Source: an uncultured Caulobacteraceae bacterium
Lineage (GTDB): Bacteria; Pseudomonadota; Alphaproteobacteria; Caulobacterales; Aquidulcibacteraceae
Reading direction: 5' to 3'
Assembly (NCBI GenBank): GCA_964530695.1
Contig: CAZGYQ010000004.1
Coordinates: forward strand, 4,725-68,724
DNA: 64,000 nucleotides
In this document: in pieces, positions 49,566 through 58,941 of the stretch
How positions within the stretch are numbered: position 1 is the stretch's first letter
How the letters are laid out: the number at the start of each line of letters is the position of its first letter
Made by a program: the position numbers and the translations under genes
Notes under the pieces: model-generated
The model's input: only the letters and a program-made list of their open reading frames with translations
Database searches by the model: none
What the model was told of the DNA's origin: nothing

Positions 49566-49988
49566 TCAGTCCCGCGCGCGGCCGCGCCGTGCGGGCATGG
49601 CGGCCTCGATGTCGCGGCGAAATCCCACCGGATCGGCGATGATCGGCGTCAGCCAGGAATCGTCCCCCGTGCCGTGGATGGTCAGCCGGCCGTAGCCGAA
49701 CAGCGTGCCGAGGAAATCCTGATCGATCTGCACGGACTCGATGCTCTCAAGCCCCATGTCCACCACGCGCCGCTCGAGAAATCCGAACTTGCGGATGAGC
49801 CGGCGGTCGGTAACCGCGATTTCCGTCGTCAGGTTGAAGATCACCTGCTGAATGAAGATCCACACGCCGACGAGCACGATCCCGAGCACGATCAGCGCCC
49901 CCCAGGCCCGCACCCACAGCACCCAGTGCAGACGCGCCGTCGCGTGGACCTTCTCCCCCGGCGCCAGGGCCTGCGTGATGTAGCTCAT
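49566..49988 (-). CDS. membrane-anchored bacterial PH-domain (bPH_2/YdbT-like) protein
   Basis: 140 aa. Two N-terminal TM helices, then TEIAVTDRRLIRKFGFLERRVVDMGLESIESVQIDQDFLGTLFGYGRLTIHGTG. Confidence 0.75.
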   Translation of the reverse strand: MSYITQALAPGEKVHATARLHWVLWVRAWGALIVLGIVLVGVWIFIQQVIFNLTTEIAVTDRRLIRKFGFLERRVVDMGLESIESVQIDQDFLGTLFGYGRLTIHGTGDDSWLTPIIADPVGFRRDIEAAMPARRGRARD

Positions 49989-50086
49989 GTGTCTTCAGCC
50001 CCTCGACCTTGCGGCGAACCTAACGCGCGAACGCCGCCGAGGCCACGACGGAGATCAAGGGCGGCAACGGCTGTATCCGGCGGATT

Positions 50087-50134
50087 TCATTGTCTTTCGA
50101 TATGGCTTCTCATTGTCTTTCGATATGGATATGG
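50087..50134. repeat. tandem direct repeat in a divergent promoter region
   Basis: A perfect 19-nt unit tcattgtctttcgatatgg at 50087..50105 and 50110..50128 (23-nt period), followed by an extra atatgg. A/T-rich relative to its surroundings. Lies 35-80 nt upstream of the M13 peptidase ATG. Confidence 0.9.
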
Positions 50135-50168
50135 TTCCGTCACACCGAATTCGCGGGAGGATCATACC

Positions 50169-52226
50169 ATGAACAGACGCACGCTTCTTTTCGCCGGCGC
50201 TGGCGCGGTCGCCATGAGCGGCGTCGACGCCCTGCTCGCCCAGGCGCTCGCCCAGCCGGCCGGACACGCCACGCTCGGCCGGAACGGCCTCGACCTCACC
50301 GCCCGCGACGCGGCAGTGAAGCCCGGCGACGACTTCTTCGCGCACGTGAACGGCACGTGGCTGAAGACCGCCCAGATCCCCGGCGACCGCACGCGCTGGG
50401 GCTCCTTCGACATGCTGCGCGACAAGGCCGACACCGAAGTGCGCGCGATTATCGAGGAACTCGCCGGCAAGACGGGCGCAGCGCCCGGCTCCGTCGAGCA
50501 GAAGATCGGCGACTACTACCGCGCGTTCATGGACACCGACGCGATCGAGCGCGCGGGCCTTCAGCCGATCCAGGCCGATCTCGCGCGCATCGCGGCGCTC
50601 AAGGATCACGTCGAGGTCGCGCAACTCATCGCGTCGCCCGATATTCCGGTGAACGGCCCGCTCGGCGCGGGCGTGGGCCTCGATGACGGCAATCCGGACC
50701 GCTACGTCGTCGTCATCGGCCAGGGCGGCATCCACCTGCCGGAGCGCGAATACTACCTGAAGGACGACGCGCGCTTCACCGAGATCCGCGCGAAGTACAA
50801 GGCGCACGTGGCGAAGCTCTTGACGCTCGCGGGCCAGAGCGACGCCGACGCCAAGGCCGCCGCGATCTTTGCGCTCGAGAACGAGATGGCCAAGCGCCAT
50901 CAGCCGATCGAGGACATGCGCGACTCCACCAAGATGTACAATCCGAAGTCGCGCGCGGACGTGAAGGCGCTGGCGCCGAACTATCCGTGGGAAGAGAGCT
51001 TCGCGGCGGCGGGCTTCGGCAATGTGCAGAACTTCGTCGTCGGCCCCGTGACGGCGGTCGGCGCGCTCGGCGAATACTTCCGCTCGACGCCCGTCGATAC
51101 GTGGAAGGCCTATCTGACCTACGCGCTCGTGCGCAACCGCGCGACGCTGCTGCCGAAGGCGATCGACGACGAGGTGTTCGATTTCTACGGCCGCACGCTC
51201 AACGGCCAGCCGCAGCAGCGCGACCGCTGGAAGCGCGCCACGCAGGCGCTGAACGGCGCGCTCGGCGAGGCCATCGGCCAGGTCTATGTGCAGCGGCACT
51301 TCTCGCCGAACGCCAAGCGCATGATGGTCGATCTGGTGGAGAACCTCCGCAAGGCGTTCGCCCAGCGCGTGGACGGCCTCACCTGGATGAGCGCGGAAAC
51401 GAAGATCGTCGCGCGTCAGAAGCTGGCCACCTTCCGGCCGAAGGTCGGCTATCCCGACAAGTGGCGCGACTACGCGGGCCTGGAAGTGCGCGCGGGCGAC
51501 GCGATCGGCAACGCGCGGCGCTCGGCCATCTTTGAATGGAACCGCGACGTCGCGCGCCTTGCCGGGCCGACCGACAAGGATGAGTGGTTCATGACCCCGC
51601 AGACGGTCAACGCCTACTACAACCCCGTGTTCAACGAGATCGTGTTCCCGGCGGCGATCCTGCAGGCGCCGTTCTTCGACGAGCATGCGGACATGGCCGT
51701 GAACTACGGCGGCATCGGCGGCGTCATCGGCCACGAAATGGGCCACGGCTTCGACGACCAGGGCGCCAAGTACGATCCGCAGGGCGTGCTGCGCACATGG
51801 TGGAACGAGCGCGACGTGGCGGCGTTCGAAACGCTCAGCGCCAAGATGATCGCGCAGTACGGGCGCTTCGAGGCGCTGCCGGGCGTGAACATCAACGGCC
51901 AGCTCACCATCGGCGAAAACATCGGCGACCATTGCGGCGTGACCGTGGGCTATGCGGCCTACAAGATCGCGCTCGGACGCCGCCGCGCGCCGGTGCTGGA
52001 AGGCCTCACCGGAGACCAGCGCTTCTTCATGAGCTGGGCGCAGGTGTGGCGCACGCTCATCCGCGACGAGGCGCTGCGCAACCAGGTGCAGACCGACCCG
52101 CACTCGCCGGGCCGCTTCCGCTGCAACGGCACGGTGCAGAACGTCGATGCGTGGTACGCGGCGTTCAACGTCCAGCCGGGCGAAAAGCTCTACGTCGCGC
52201 CGGGCGACCGCGTGCACATCTGGTAG
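50169..52226 (+). CDS. M13 family zinc metallopeptidase (PepO / endothelin-converting-enzyme-like)
   Basis: 685 aa from MNRRTLLFAGAG (Tat-like RR signal). NAYYNP, HEMGHGFD (HExxH) and GENIGDHCG. Ends ..VHIW. Confidence 0.92.
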   Translation: MNRRTLLFAGAGAVAMSGVDALLAQALAQPAGHATLGRNGLDLTARDAAVKPGDDFFAHVNGTWLKTAQIPGDRTRWGSFDMLRDKADTEVRAIIEELAGKTGAAPGSVEQKIGDYYRAFMDTDAIERAGLQPIQADLARIAALKDHVEVAQLIASPDIPVNGPLGAGVGLDDGNPDRYVVVIGQGGIHLPEREYYLKDDARFTEIRAKYKAHVAKLLTLAGQSDADAKAAAIFALENEMAKRHQPIEDMRDSTKMYNPKSRADVKALAPNYPWEESFAAAGFGNVQNFVVGPVTAVGALGEYFRSTPVDTWKAYLTYALVRNRATLLPKAIDDEVFDFYGRTLNGQPQQRDRWKRATQALNGALGEAIGQVYVQRHFSPNAKRMMVDLVENLRKAFAQRVDGLTWMSAETKIVARQKLATFRPKVGYPDKWRDYAGLEVRAGDAIGNARRSAIFEWNRDVARLAGPTDKDEWFMTPQTVNAYYNPVFNEIVFPAAILQAPFFDEHADMAVNYGGIGGVIGHEMGHGFDDQGAKYDPQGVLRTWWNERDVAAFETLSAKMIAQYGRFEALPGVNINGQLTIGENIGDHCGVTVGYAAYKIALGRRRAPVLEGLTGDQRFFMSWAQVWRTLIRDEALRNQVQTDPHSPGRFRCNGTVQNVDAWYAAFNVQPGEKLYVAPGDRVHIW

Positions 52227-52247
52227 ACACTGCAAACTGAAATGAAG

Positions 52248-52279
52248 ACGCCCGCTCCCTCACGGGGGCGGGCGTTTTT
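52248..52279 (+). terminator. Rho-independent terminator after the M13 peptidase gene
   Basis: Stem acgcccgctccc / gggggcgggcgt with loop tcac, followed by TTTTT. Confidence 0.7.
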
Positions 52280-52293
52280 CGTTGTGTCGCCAA

Positions 52294-54252
52294 TCACGCG
52301 GCGAATTTCGGCGCGTCCCGCGCGAGACGGCGCACTTCCGCTTCGAGACGCGCGCGATCGGGCGCATCGACGATGTAGTCGGGCCAAAGACCCGTCTCCG
52401 CCCAGTAGCCGCACAGACCGATGCGCGCGCACAGCGGCAGGAAGCGCTCATGCGCGCGCACGTTCGCCGTATCGGGCATGAAAAAGATCGAGGTGCCGCT
52501 GTTGCCCAGCGTCTCCACGCTCCACTGCGTCCAGAGCTGATGCGGGGGATGCACCGCCATCGCCTGATCGAGGAGATCGACCGCCTCGCCCGGCAGGCCG
52601 CTCTGCGCCATCGACAGGAACAGCGAGAACGTCACGAACGGCCAGCCGCGCACAAAGGCCGGCGCCATGTCCCTGATGGGCGAGGGATCGGCGCTGTTGT
52701 CGCGCATGCGCGGCAGCAAAGCGAAGAACAGCGCCTTGCGCTGCGGTATGTGGCTGAAATGGTTCTCGTTCGCGCAGGCCATCATGTCGGCTGCGCCGTC
52801 CCAGTCGCCCGTGCTCATGACGAAGGCGATGCGCGTGCGCCAGACGAACTCGTCGCGCACGCTCATCTCCAGCGCGCGATCCAGCAGCGCGCGAGCGCCG
52901 GCTGCGTCGTTGCGCGCGAAATAGCGGCACGCCCCTTCCAGCGCCATCAGGCGCGGCGAATGCGGATCGTCGCGAAACGCCTGCGAGAGAAGGTCGAGCC
53001 CTTCGCGGAACCGGCCCACGCCGAGCGCGAACCGCGCCTGCGCGCTACGCAGCAGCCAGTCGTTCGGCGCCGCCTCCAGCGCGAACTGCAGGATCTTTTC
53101 CTGCGCCATCCAGCCGCCGGTGCACGGGCACGGCTCCAGCGTGAACAGCACATACTGCGCGACGACCTCGGTCGGGTCATCGGCAAGCGCGCGCTCAGCC
53201 TCGGCGCGCACCCGCGCGACAGCCGCATCGAAGGTGTCGAGACACCCGCCGAACGTCGTGGCGTTCAGGATGCGGTTGCAGAGCGTGAGCGCAAGCGTCG
53301 CGCGCGCGCGCGCAAAGGCGGGCTCGATGGCGAGCGCCGCTTCGAGATAGGCGATGGCCTTTTCCCAGGCCCACTGGTCGGGCGTGCGATTCAGCGCGAT
53401 GGCGCGCAGGTAGAGGTCATAGGCCTGCGCATCGAGCTGCGGCTTCTGTTGCGGCGCGACGATCCGCGCCGAAAGGCCCGACGCCGTGATTGCGGCGATC
53501 TCATCCTGCAGGGCGAACACATCGACGAGCTCGCGATCGAAACGCTCGCCCCACACCACATGGCCGGTGGTTGCTTCGGTGAGATGCGCAGAGATGCGCA
53601 CCCGAGCGCCGCTACGTCGCACGGAGCCGTCGAGCACGTGACTTGCGCCAAGCTCCTGCGCGGCCTCGGCCTTGCGCGCGCCGCGATAGGCGAAGCTTGA
53701 CGTCGGCCCGATGACGCGCAGGCCGGACACGCGCGACACCGCGTCGAGGATTTCCCCGCTCACGCCGTCCGAGAAATACTGCAAATCCGACTCGTCGGAG
53801 AGATTGTCGAACGGCAGCACCACGAGCACGGGCGATGCATCGGCGACCGTCGCGCGCGGCGACGGCGATGGCGCCTGCTCCAGCTCGCGCAGCAGATAGC
53901 CGACGCGCGCGATGGTCTCGATGGCGAAGGCTCCGTGCGCTTCGCCGAGGTGGCGCAGCTTCGCGATGCAGCGGTTGATGGCGTCATCGCCCACCGAGAG
54001 CCCGCCCCAGCAGACGGCGATGAGATCGTCGCGCGAGACGACTTCGCCGGACTTGCGCGCGAGCGCCACCAGCACCTGCATGATCCGCGGCTGCAGCACC
54101 GTGCGCTCCTCGCGCGCGATCACCTCTCGCGTGGCCGGACGCACTTCGAGCCGCCCGACAGCAAACGCCGGCGCGCGGGCAAGCTCGACCGGCGCGCGGT
54201 CGCCATCCGCGCCCGTCGGCGATTGATCGGCGAATGATCGTATCAGGGCCAT
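52294..54252 (-). CDS. winged-helix (OmpR/CadC-type) DNA-binding regulator with TolB-N-like and TPR domains
   Basis: 652 aa from MALIRSF. wHTH LQPRIMQVLVALARKSGEVVSRDDLIAVCWGGLSVGDDAINRCIAKLR, then VLPFDNLSDESDLQYFSDGVSGEI, then a long helical-repeat C-terminus. Confidence 0.8.
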   Translation of the reverse strand: MALIRSFADQSPTGADGDRAPVELARAPAFAVGRLEVRPATREVIAREERTVLQPRIMQVLVALARKSGEVVSRDDLIAVCWGGLSVGDDAINRCIAKLRHLGEAHGAFAIETIARVGYLLRELEQAPSPSPRATVADASPVLVVLPFDNLSDESDLQYFSDGVSGEILDAVSRVSGLRVIGPTSSFAYRGARKAEAAQELGASHVLDGSVRRSGARVRISAHLTEATTGHVVWGERFDRELVDVFALQDEIAAITASGLSARIVAPQQKPQLDAQAYDLYLRAIALNRTPDQWAWEKAIAYLEAALAIEPAFARARATLALTLCNRILNATTFGGCLDTFDAAVARVRAEAERALADDPTEVVAQYVLFTLEPCPCTGGWMAQEKILQFALEAAPNDWLLRSAQARFALGVGRFREGLDLLSQAFRDDPHSPRLMALEGACRYFARNDAAGARALLDRALEMSVRDEFVWRTRIAFVMSTGDWDGAADMMACANENHFSHIPQRKALFFALLPRMRDNSADPSPIRDMAPAFVRGWPFVTFSLFLSMAQSGLPGEAVDLLDQAMAVHPPHQLWTQWSVETLGNSGTSIFFMPDTANVRAHERFLPLCARIGLCGYWAETGLWPDYIVDAPDRARLEAEVRRLARDAPKFAA

Positions 54253-54414
54253 GTCGACGAGACCGGGGTTCCGCTTTGATTGTCCATGCGTTCCGGGAAG
54301 AGCGCGATCGCGAACCAGACGACAATGACCCCTGTCACACAGAGACCCGTCACGTTTGCGCCTCCACTGCTTCCCGGGATGCACAAGAGTGATCCAACAT
54401 GAAGGAGATCATAC

Positions 54415-54801
54415 GTGAAGACCATCTTTCGCGCTGTGTGTTTCGCGGCGGCCTGCACCATGGCCACACTGACAATGGCGCCGGCGGCGCGCGCGGCGTC
54501 CCCGGCTCCGGAGTCCGTCGCGGTGCGCTACGGCGATCTCGACCTCCGCGACGCACATGACGCACAGCTCATGTTGCGCCGCGTAAAGCGGGCGGCCGAC
54601 CGTGTCTGCGGCGAGGACATCGCCGTTCAGTACCGCGCCGAGATTCGCAGCTTCAAGGCGTGCCGGCAATCGACCATCGCCGCGGCCGTCGTGAAGCTCG
54701 ATGCGCCGCTGGTGAGCGCGCACTACGTGGCGCAATACGGCGCGCCGGCAGGCGCACATGTGGCGATGCAGGGTCGTGACGCACGTCAGCCGGTCGGCTG
54801 A
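54415..54801 (+). CDS. UrcA-family small secreted protein (function unknown)
   Basis: 128 aa. GTG start preceded by AAGGAG with a 7-nt spacer. Signal peptide ending ARA-AS. Motif VAVRYGDLDLRDAHDAQLMLRRVKRAADRVCG. Confidence 0.65.
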   Translation: MKTIFRAVCFAAACTMATLTMAPAARAASPAPESVAVRYGDLDLRDAHDAQLMLRRVKRAADRVCGEDIAVQYRAEIRSFKACRQSTIAAAVVKLDAPLVSAHYVAQYGAPAGAHVAMQGRDARQPVG

Positions 54802-54815
54802 ACCGGCGCACGTCG

Positions 54816-54849
54816 CTCCAGGGCGGGAGCCCGAACTCCCGCCCTGGAG
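54816..54849. terminator. perfect 14-bp hairpin between convergent genes
   Basis: ctccagggcgggag-cccgaa-ctcccgccctggag. No strong T-run on either side. Confidence 0.55.
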
Positions 54850-54853
54850 TCGT

Positions 54854-55807
54854 TCAGCGCGCAGCCGCGACCATGCGCTCCAGCGCATCGATGAAGAGCT
54901 TCGGCGCGTCGATGTTGGAGAAGCGCTTCAGCTCCTGCACCAGCGTCGGCGACGTGACGTTGATCTCGGTGAGGCGGCCGTCGATCACGTCGAGGCCCGC
55001 GAACAGAATGCCCTTTTCCTTCAGGAACGGGGCGACGGCGGCGACGATCTCGCGGTCGCGCGCGTCGAGTTCGCCCGCCTGCGCGACGCCGCCGACGTGG
55101 AGATTGGCGCGGAACTCGCCGGCCTTCGGCATGCGCCGCACGACGCCGAGCGGCTCGCCGTCGAGCACGAACACACGCTTGTCGCCGTCCTTCACGCCGG
55201 GAATGAACGCCTGCACGATGATCGGCTCGGCGCCGACGTCCGCCAGCATCGCGCCCACCTTGGTGAGAAAATCCGGATCGCTCGCGCGCCCGCGCGACAC
55301 GCCTTCCCCGCCCGCGAAGAACGAGGGCTTCAGCACCACCTGGTCGAAGCGCTCCGCAAACGCGAGGATCGCATCGATGTTGCGCCCCACGAACGTCTCG
55401 GCGAGCAGGTGGGGAAAGCGCAGCGTGGAGATCTTTTCGGGAATGTCGCGCACGCCGGCGGGATCGTTGAGGATCAGCGTCTTCCCGCCGACAAGTTCAA
55501 GCAGGTAGGTGTTCGACACATAGCCCATGTCGAACGGCGGATCCTGGCGGATGAGCACGGCGTCGAAGGTCGAAACGTCGGTGCGCGCGCTGTTGAGCGT
55601 GGCGTAGTGGCTGGCGGGATCGGGCGAGACCTCCACGCGATGCGCCAGCGCATAGACCTTGCCGGACTCCCACCACAGGTCGCTCGGGTGATACCAGAAC
55701 GTCTCGTGGCCGCGCGCCTGCGCCTCCACCATGAACGCAAGCGACGTGTCGCGTTCGACGACGATGGCGTCGATGGGGTCCATCTGGACGGCGATGCGCA
55801 ATTTCAT
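54854..55807 (-). CDS. gshB: glutathione synthetase
   Basis: 317 aa. N-terminal MKLRIAVQMDPIDAI.. and an ATP-grasp C-terminal half (VVLKPSFFAGGEGV, GDKRVFVLDGEP, TEINVTSPT). Confidence 0.95.
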   Translation of the reverse strand: MKLRIAVQMDPIDAIVVERDTSLAFMVEAQARGHETFWYHPSDLWWESGKVYALAHRVEVSPDPASHYATLNSARTDVSTFDAVLIRQDPPFDMGYVSNTYLLELVGGKTLILNDPAGVRDIPEKISTLRFPHLLAETFVGRNIDAILAFAERFDQVVLKPSFFAGGEGVSRGRASDPDFLTKVGAMLADVGAEPIIVQAFIPGVKDGDKRVFVLDGEPLGVVRRMPKAGEFRANLHVGGVAQAGELDARDREIVAAVAPFLKEKGILFAGLDVIDGRLTEINVTSPTLVQELKRFSNIDAPKLFIDALERMVAAAR

Positions 55808-55815
55808 TGAACCCC

Positions 55816-56508
55816 TCAGAGGTCGGCCTGGTCGATCCAGCGGTGCAGCACGTCGGCGCCCTTGGCCGCAAGCGCCGCGCCGTGCCTGACCATGTCGGCG
55901 CGCAGCGTGCGCGGATCAATCCCCGCGGCGGAAAGTTCGGCGGAACTCCCGATCAGCCAGCGCTCGAAACCCACCGGGTTCGCCTCCGGGTGGAACTGGA
56001 AGCCGATGACGTTCGGCCCGAAGGCGAACGCCTGGTTTTCGCAGATGTCGGTGGAGGCAAGCAGCTGGCTCCCGCGCGGCAGGTCGAAGGTGTCGCCGTG
56101 CCAGTGCAGCGCCAGCGGGTCGTCGGCGAACGGCGCCAGGCAGGAATCGCGCCCGTCCGCGGTCAGCTTGATCGGCGCGATGCCGATTTCCTTGGCCTTC
56201 GCGGGATACACCTTCGCCCCGATCACCTTGGCGATCATCTGCGCGCCGAGGCACACGCCCATGGTCGGCGCGCCGCGCTTCAGGCGCCGCTCAATGAGGG
56301 CGAGTTCGGGGCCGAGAAAGGGATATGTCTCCACATCGTTGGCGCCGATCGGCCCGCCGAGCACGATGACGAGGCTCTCCTGGCGTTCATCGAGCAGCGG
56401 CTGGCCCGCCTCCGCGTAACGCAACGCAAAGCCCCGCTGCGCGAGCGCCGGCCCGAAGGCGCCGAGGTCCTCGTACGGCAGGTGACGGATGGCGAGGGCG
56501 GTTTTCAT
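55816..56508 (-). CDS. class I glutamine amidotransferase (GMP-synthase-like GATase domain)
   Basis: 230 aa from MKTALAIRHL. Nucleophile context PTMGVCLGAQM and the HPE of the His-Glu pair (FQFHPEA). Confidence 0.8.
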   Translation of the reverse strand: MKTALAIRHLPYEDLGAFGPALAQRGFALRYAEAGQPLLDERQESLVIVLGGPIGANDVETYPFLGPELALIERRLKRGAPTMGVCLGAQMIAKVIGAKVYPAKAKEIGIAPIKLTADGRDSCLAPFADDPLALHWHGDTFDLPRGSQLLASTDICENQAFAFGPNVIGFQFHPEANPVGFERWLIGSSAELSAAGIDPRTLRADMVRHGAALAAKGADVLHRWIDQADL

Positions 56509-56568
56509 CTTTGACTTCCGCGTACGGAAACAGGCGATGATGGGTCGCTGAACACGGGAGTCACTGTC

Positions 56569-57363
56569 ATGGGCGTCCACATAAGCCAGGACGGGCCGGT
56601 CGTCACGATCACCATCGACCGCCCGGAGGCGCGCAACGCCGTCGATCCGCCCACGGCAGCCGCATTATTCGAGGCTTTTCGGGCCGCGGAAGCCAATGAT
56701 GAAATCCTCGCCATGGTTCTTGCCGGCGCGAACGGGACCTTCTGCGCGGGCGCCGACCTCAAGGCCGTGAGCGCCGGCGCGCGCTACGAGCACGAGAAAC
56801 ACGGCCCCATGGGCCCCTCGCGCCTGCTCCCGGACCGCGAGACGGGAACGCCCGGCGTGTCGCTGTCGAAACCGCTGATCGCGGCGATAGAGGGCTTCGC
56901 GGTGGCGGGCGGGCTTGAGCTTGCCCTGCTCGCGGACATGCGCGTGGCGTCGAAGAGCGCCGTGTTCGGCGTCTATTGCCGCCGCTGGGGCGTGCCGCTG
57001 ATCGACGGCGGCACGGTGCGCCTGCCGCGCATCGTGGGTCAGGGCCGCGCGATGGACATGATCCTCACCGGCCGCGCCGTGGACGCCGATGAAGCGCTCG
57101 CGTGGGGCCTCGCCAACCGCGTCGTTCCCGCAGGCGAAGCGCTCGCACAAGCGCAAAAGCTCGCCGCCGACATCGCGCGCTTTCCCAACACCTGCATGCG
57201 CGTCGACCGCGCGTCCGCATACGCAGGCTGGTCGATGGACATGGACGCGGCTTTGCGCGCCGAGGGCGACCGCGGGCGCATCGCGCTCATCGCGGGATCG
57301 CAGGACGGCGCGAAACGGTTCGCGGAAGGGCGCGGGCGCGGCGGGGATTTCGACGCGATCTGA
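56569..57363 (+). CDS. enoyl-CoA hydratase/isomerase (crotonase) family protein
   Basis: 264 aa. FCAGADLKA oxyanion segment and IAAIEGFAVAGGLELALLADMRVA. Confidence 0.85.
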   Translation: MGVHISQDGPVVTITIDRPEARNAVDPPTAAALFEAFRAAEANDEILAMVLAGANGTFCAGADLKAVSAGARYEHEKHGPMGPSRLLPDRETGTPGVSLSKPLIAAIEGFAVAGGLELALLADMRVASKSAVFGVYCRRWGVPLIDGGTVRLPRIVGQGRAMDMILTGRAVDADEALAWGLANRVVPAGEALAQAQKLAADIARFPNTCMRVDRASAYAGWSMDMDAALRAEGDRGRIALIAGSQDGAKRFAEGRGRGGDFDAI

Positions 57364-57365
57364 AG

Positions 57366-57746
57366 CTATTGCTGGTTCTGCGGCAATCCATCTGCAATGT
57401 CGTAGTAGTCGCCCTTGTCGGCGACGAAGATGTGCGCGCCGAGGCGCGCGCCGGTGGGCTTGTCGAAGGCGCCCATGCCGATCGCGATCCGGCTTCGCCC
57501 GGGCGCATCCCAGAACAGCGCCGATCCGCACACCGAGCAGAACCCGCGCCGCACCTTCGGCGACGACTGGAACCAGGTAAGCTTGTCCTCGCCGTGAATC
57601 GTGAGGTTCGCGCGCTCCACATCGGTGGACGCCCAGTAGTGGCCAGATTGCCTGCGGCACTGCGTGCAGTGGCAGGCGTCGGGAGCGTGCAGATCCCCGG
57701 CCACCTCGAACCGCACCGCCCCGCACAGGCATGACCCCGTGTGCAT
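57366..57746 (-). CDS. GFA (glutathione-dependent formaldehyde-activating / CENP-V-like) family protein
   Basis: 126 aa from MHTGSCLCGAVRFEV. Further Cys clusters CHCTQCRR and FCSVCGS. Confidence 0.85.
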   Translation of the reverse strand: MHTGSCLCGAVRFEVAGDLHAPDACHCTQCRRQSGHYWASTDVERANLTIHGEDKLTWFQSSPKVRRGFCSVCGSALFWDAPGRSRIAIGMGAFDKPTGARLGAHIFVADKGDYYDIADGLPQNQQ

Positions 57747-57854
57747 CTCACATCTCCCCGTCACGGGTATCCATGGAACAATCTTCGCCGTCCAAGCGCA
57801 AGACTGTGGGACTGCGGGCGCGCATTGCAACGGAAAGGACTCGCCTGACGCGGA

Positions 57855-58050
57855 TTTTTTCTCCCTCCCCTCGATGGAGAGGGTGGCGCGAGCGCAGCGA
57901 GGGCCGGGTGGGGCGCGCGTGCCGTGAACTGGCGAAAATCTCGTTTGGCGACAATGGTTTAGCCTCCCGCGCCGATCTCCCCGTCATCCCGCGCGCACCC
58001 CACCCGTCGCGCCTTGCGGCGCGCCGCCCTCCCCATCGAGGGGAGGGAAA
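57855..58050. repeat. family B MITE-like element (copy B2) with ~60-nt terminal inverted repeats
   Basis: The left arm 57855..57918 (ttttttctccctcccctcgatggagagggtggcgcgagcgcagcgagggccgggtggggcgcgc) is the near-reverse-complement of the right arm 57991..58050. They flank a ~72-nt unique core. The end hairpins are like those of B1. Confidence 0.85.
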
Positions 58051-58119
58051 GGCGCCTGAAATAGAGGAATAGACTCCAATCTATCCGACCGGACTCCCGG
58101 CCATGCCATCCTCTTGCCC

Positions 58120-58845
58120 ATGAGACACGAGCCATCCGCTCCCCTGGCGCTCAAGGACTGCTGGGGCGAGTTCGAAAACCTTCTGCGCACCATCGAGACG
58201 CTGTTCGGCGATTTCTTCGATGCGCCTGCGCTGATCCTGCGCACCGCCGCGCGACGCGTGGAAGCGTGGCTGCGCGACGGCGAGGCTGTCGCGCGGGCGC
58301 TGCTCCTGGCGATGGCGGCGGCGATGCATGTTGAGTTGAAACCATCGCGCGCGGCGCCATCGCGGAGAGCGCAACAAGCAAGACCGCAATGGCGGTTCGG
58401 ATTCGCGGCGCGGATCACGCGCGCGGGAAAACAAGGCGTGCGTTACGCACTTTCGGCTGAACAGAAGCGACGCCTCGAAGAGGCGCGGCACGAGGAACGC
58501 TATCAGCGGCGCATGTTCGGGTCCGATCCCGCGCCGCCGCGCGAAGCGTCCACGTCAACAGAAAGAGGCGCGCCCTTCACGCTGCTTCCACCGCGCGCGG
58601 CGGCCTCCGCGTTCGTCGATCGCGCCGGCGTCGTGCGCCGCTACAACGGGCTCATCCACGTGCTGCAGGCGCGCGAGACATTCGCGCTGCGGCTGGCGCA
58701 GCGCCTCGCACGCAACCGGGATCACACCATCGCCCGCGCGCTGACGCGACGGACGACGAAACCCGGCGAACGTCCTTCGCCGTATGACTGGCTCGTCGCA
58801 GCGTCGCAGACGCACGCGCCGGAATGCATACTGGATTCAAGCTAG
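58120..58845 (+). CDS. hypothetical Arg/Ala-rich protein
   Basis: Track ORF 58114..58845 (TTG); first ATG at 58120. No clear SD and no recognised motif, so coding status is uncertain. Confidence 0.35.
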   Translation: MRHEPSAPLALKDCWGEFENLLRTIETLFGDFFDAPALILRTAARRVEAWLRDGEAVARALLLAMAAAMHVELKPSRAAPSRRAQQARPQWRFGFAARITRAGKQGVRYALSAEQKRRLEEARHEERYQRRMFGSDPAPPREASTSTERGAPFTLLPPRAAASAFVDRAGVVRRYNGLIHVLQARETFALRLAQRLARNRDHTIARALTRRTTKPGERPSPYDWLVAASQTHAPECILDSS

Positions 58846-58941
58846 CCCGCCCGCCTGCCGCCACGTCACACGCCGACCTGCTCTCGCCAACCGCGGGATC
58901 GGGGTTAAGATCACACGCCTGCATTTCCGAGGAGCCCCGCC

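Noticed and set aside
49503-50168. The N-terminal extension of the M13 peptidase ORF (907 aa in the track).
   Set aside because: It overlaps the family A repeat and the opposite-strand PH-domain gene. The RR-type signal peptide begins at the ATG at 50169.
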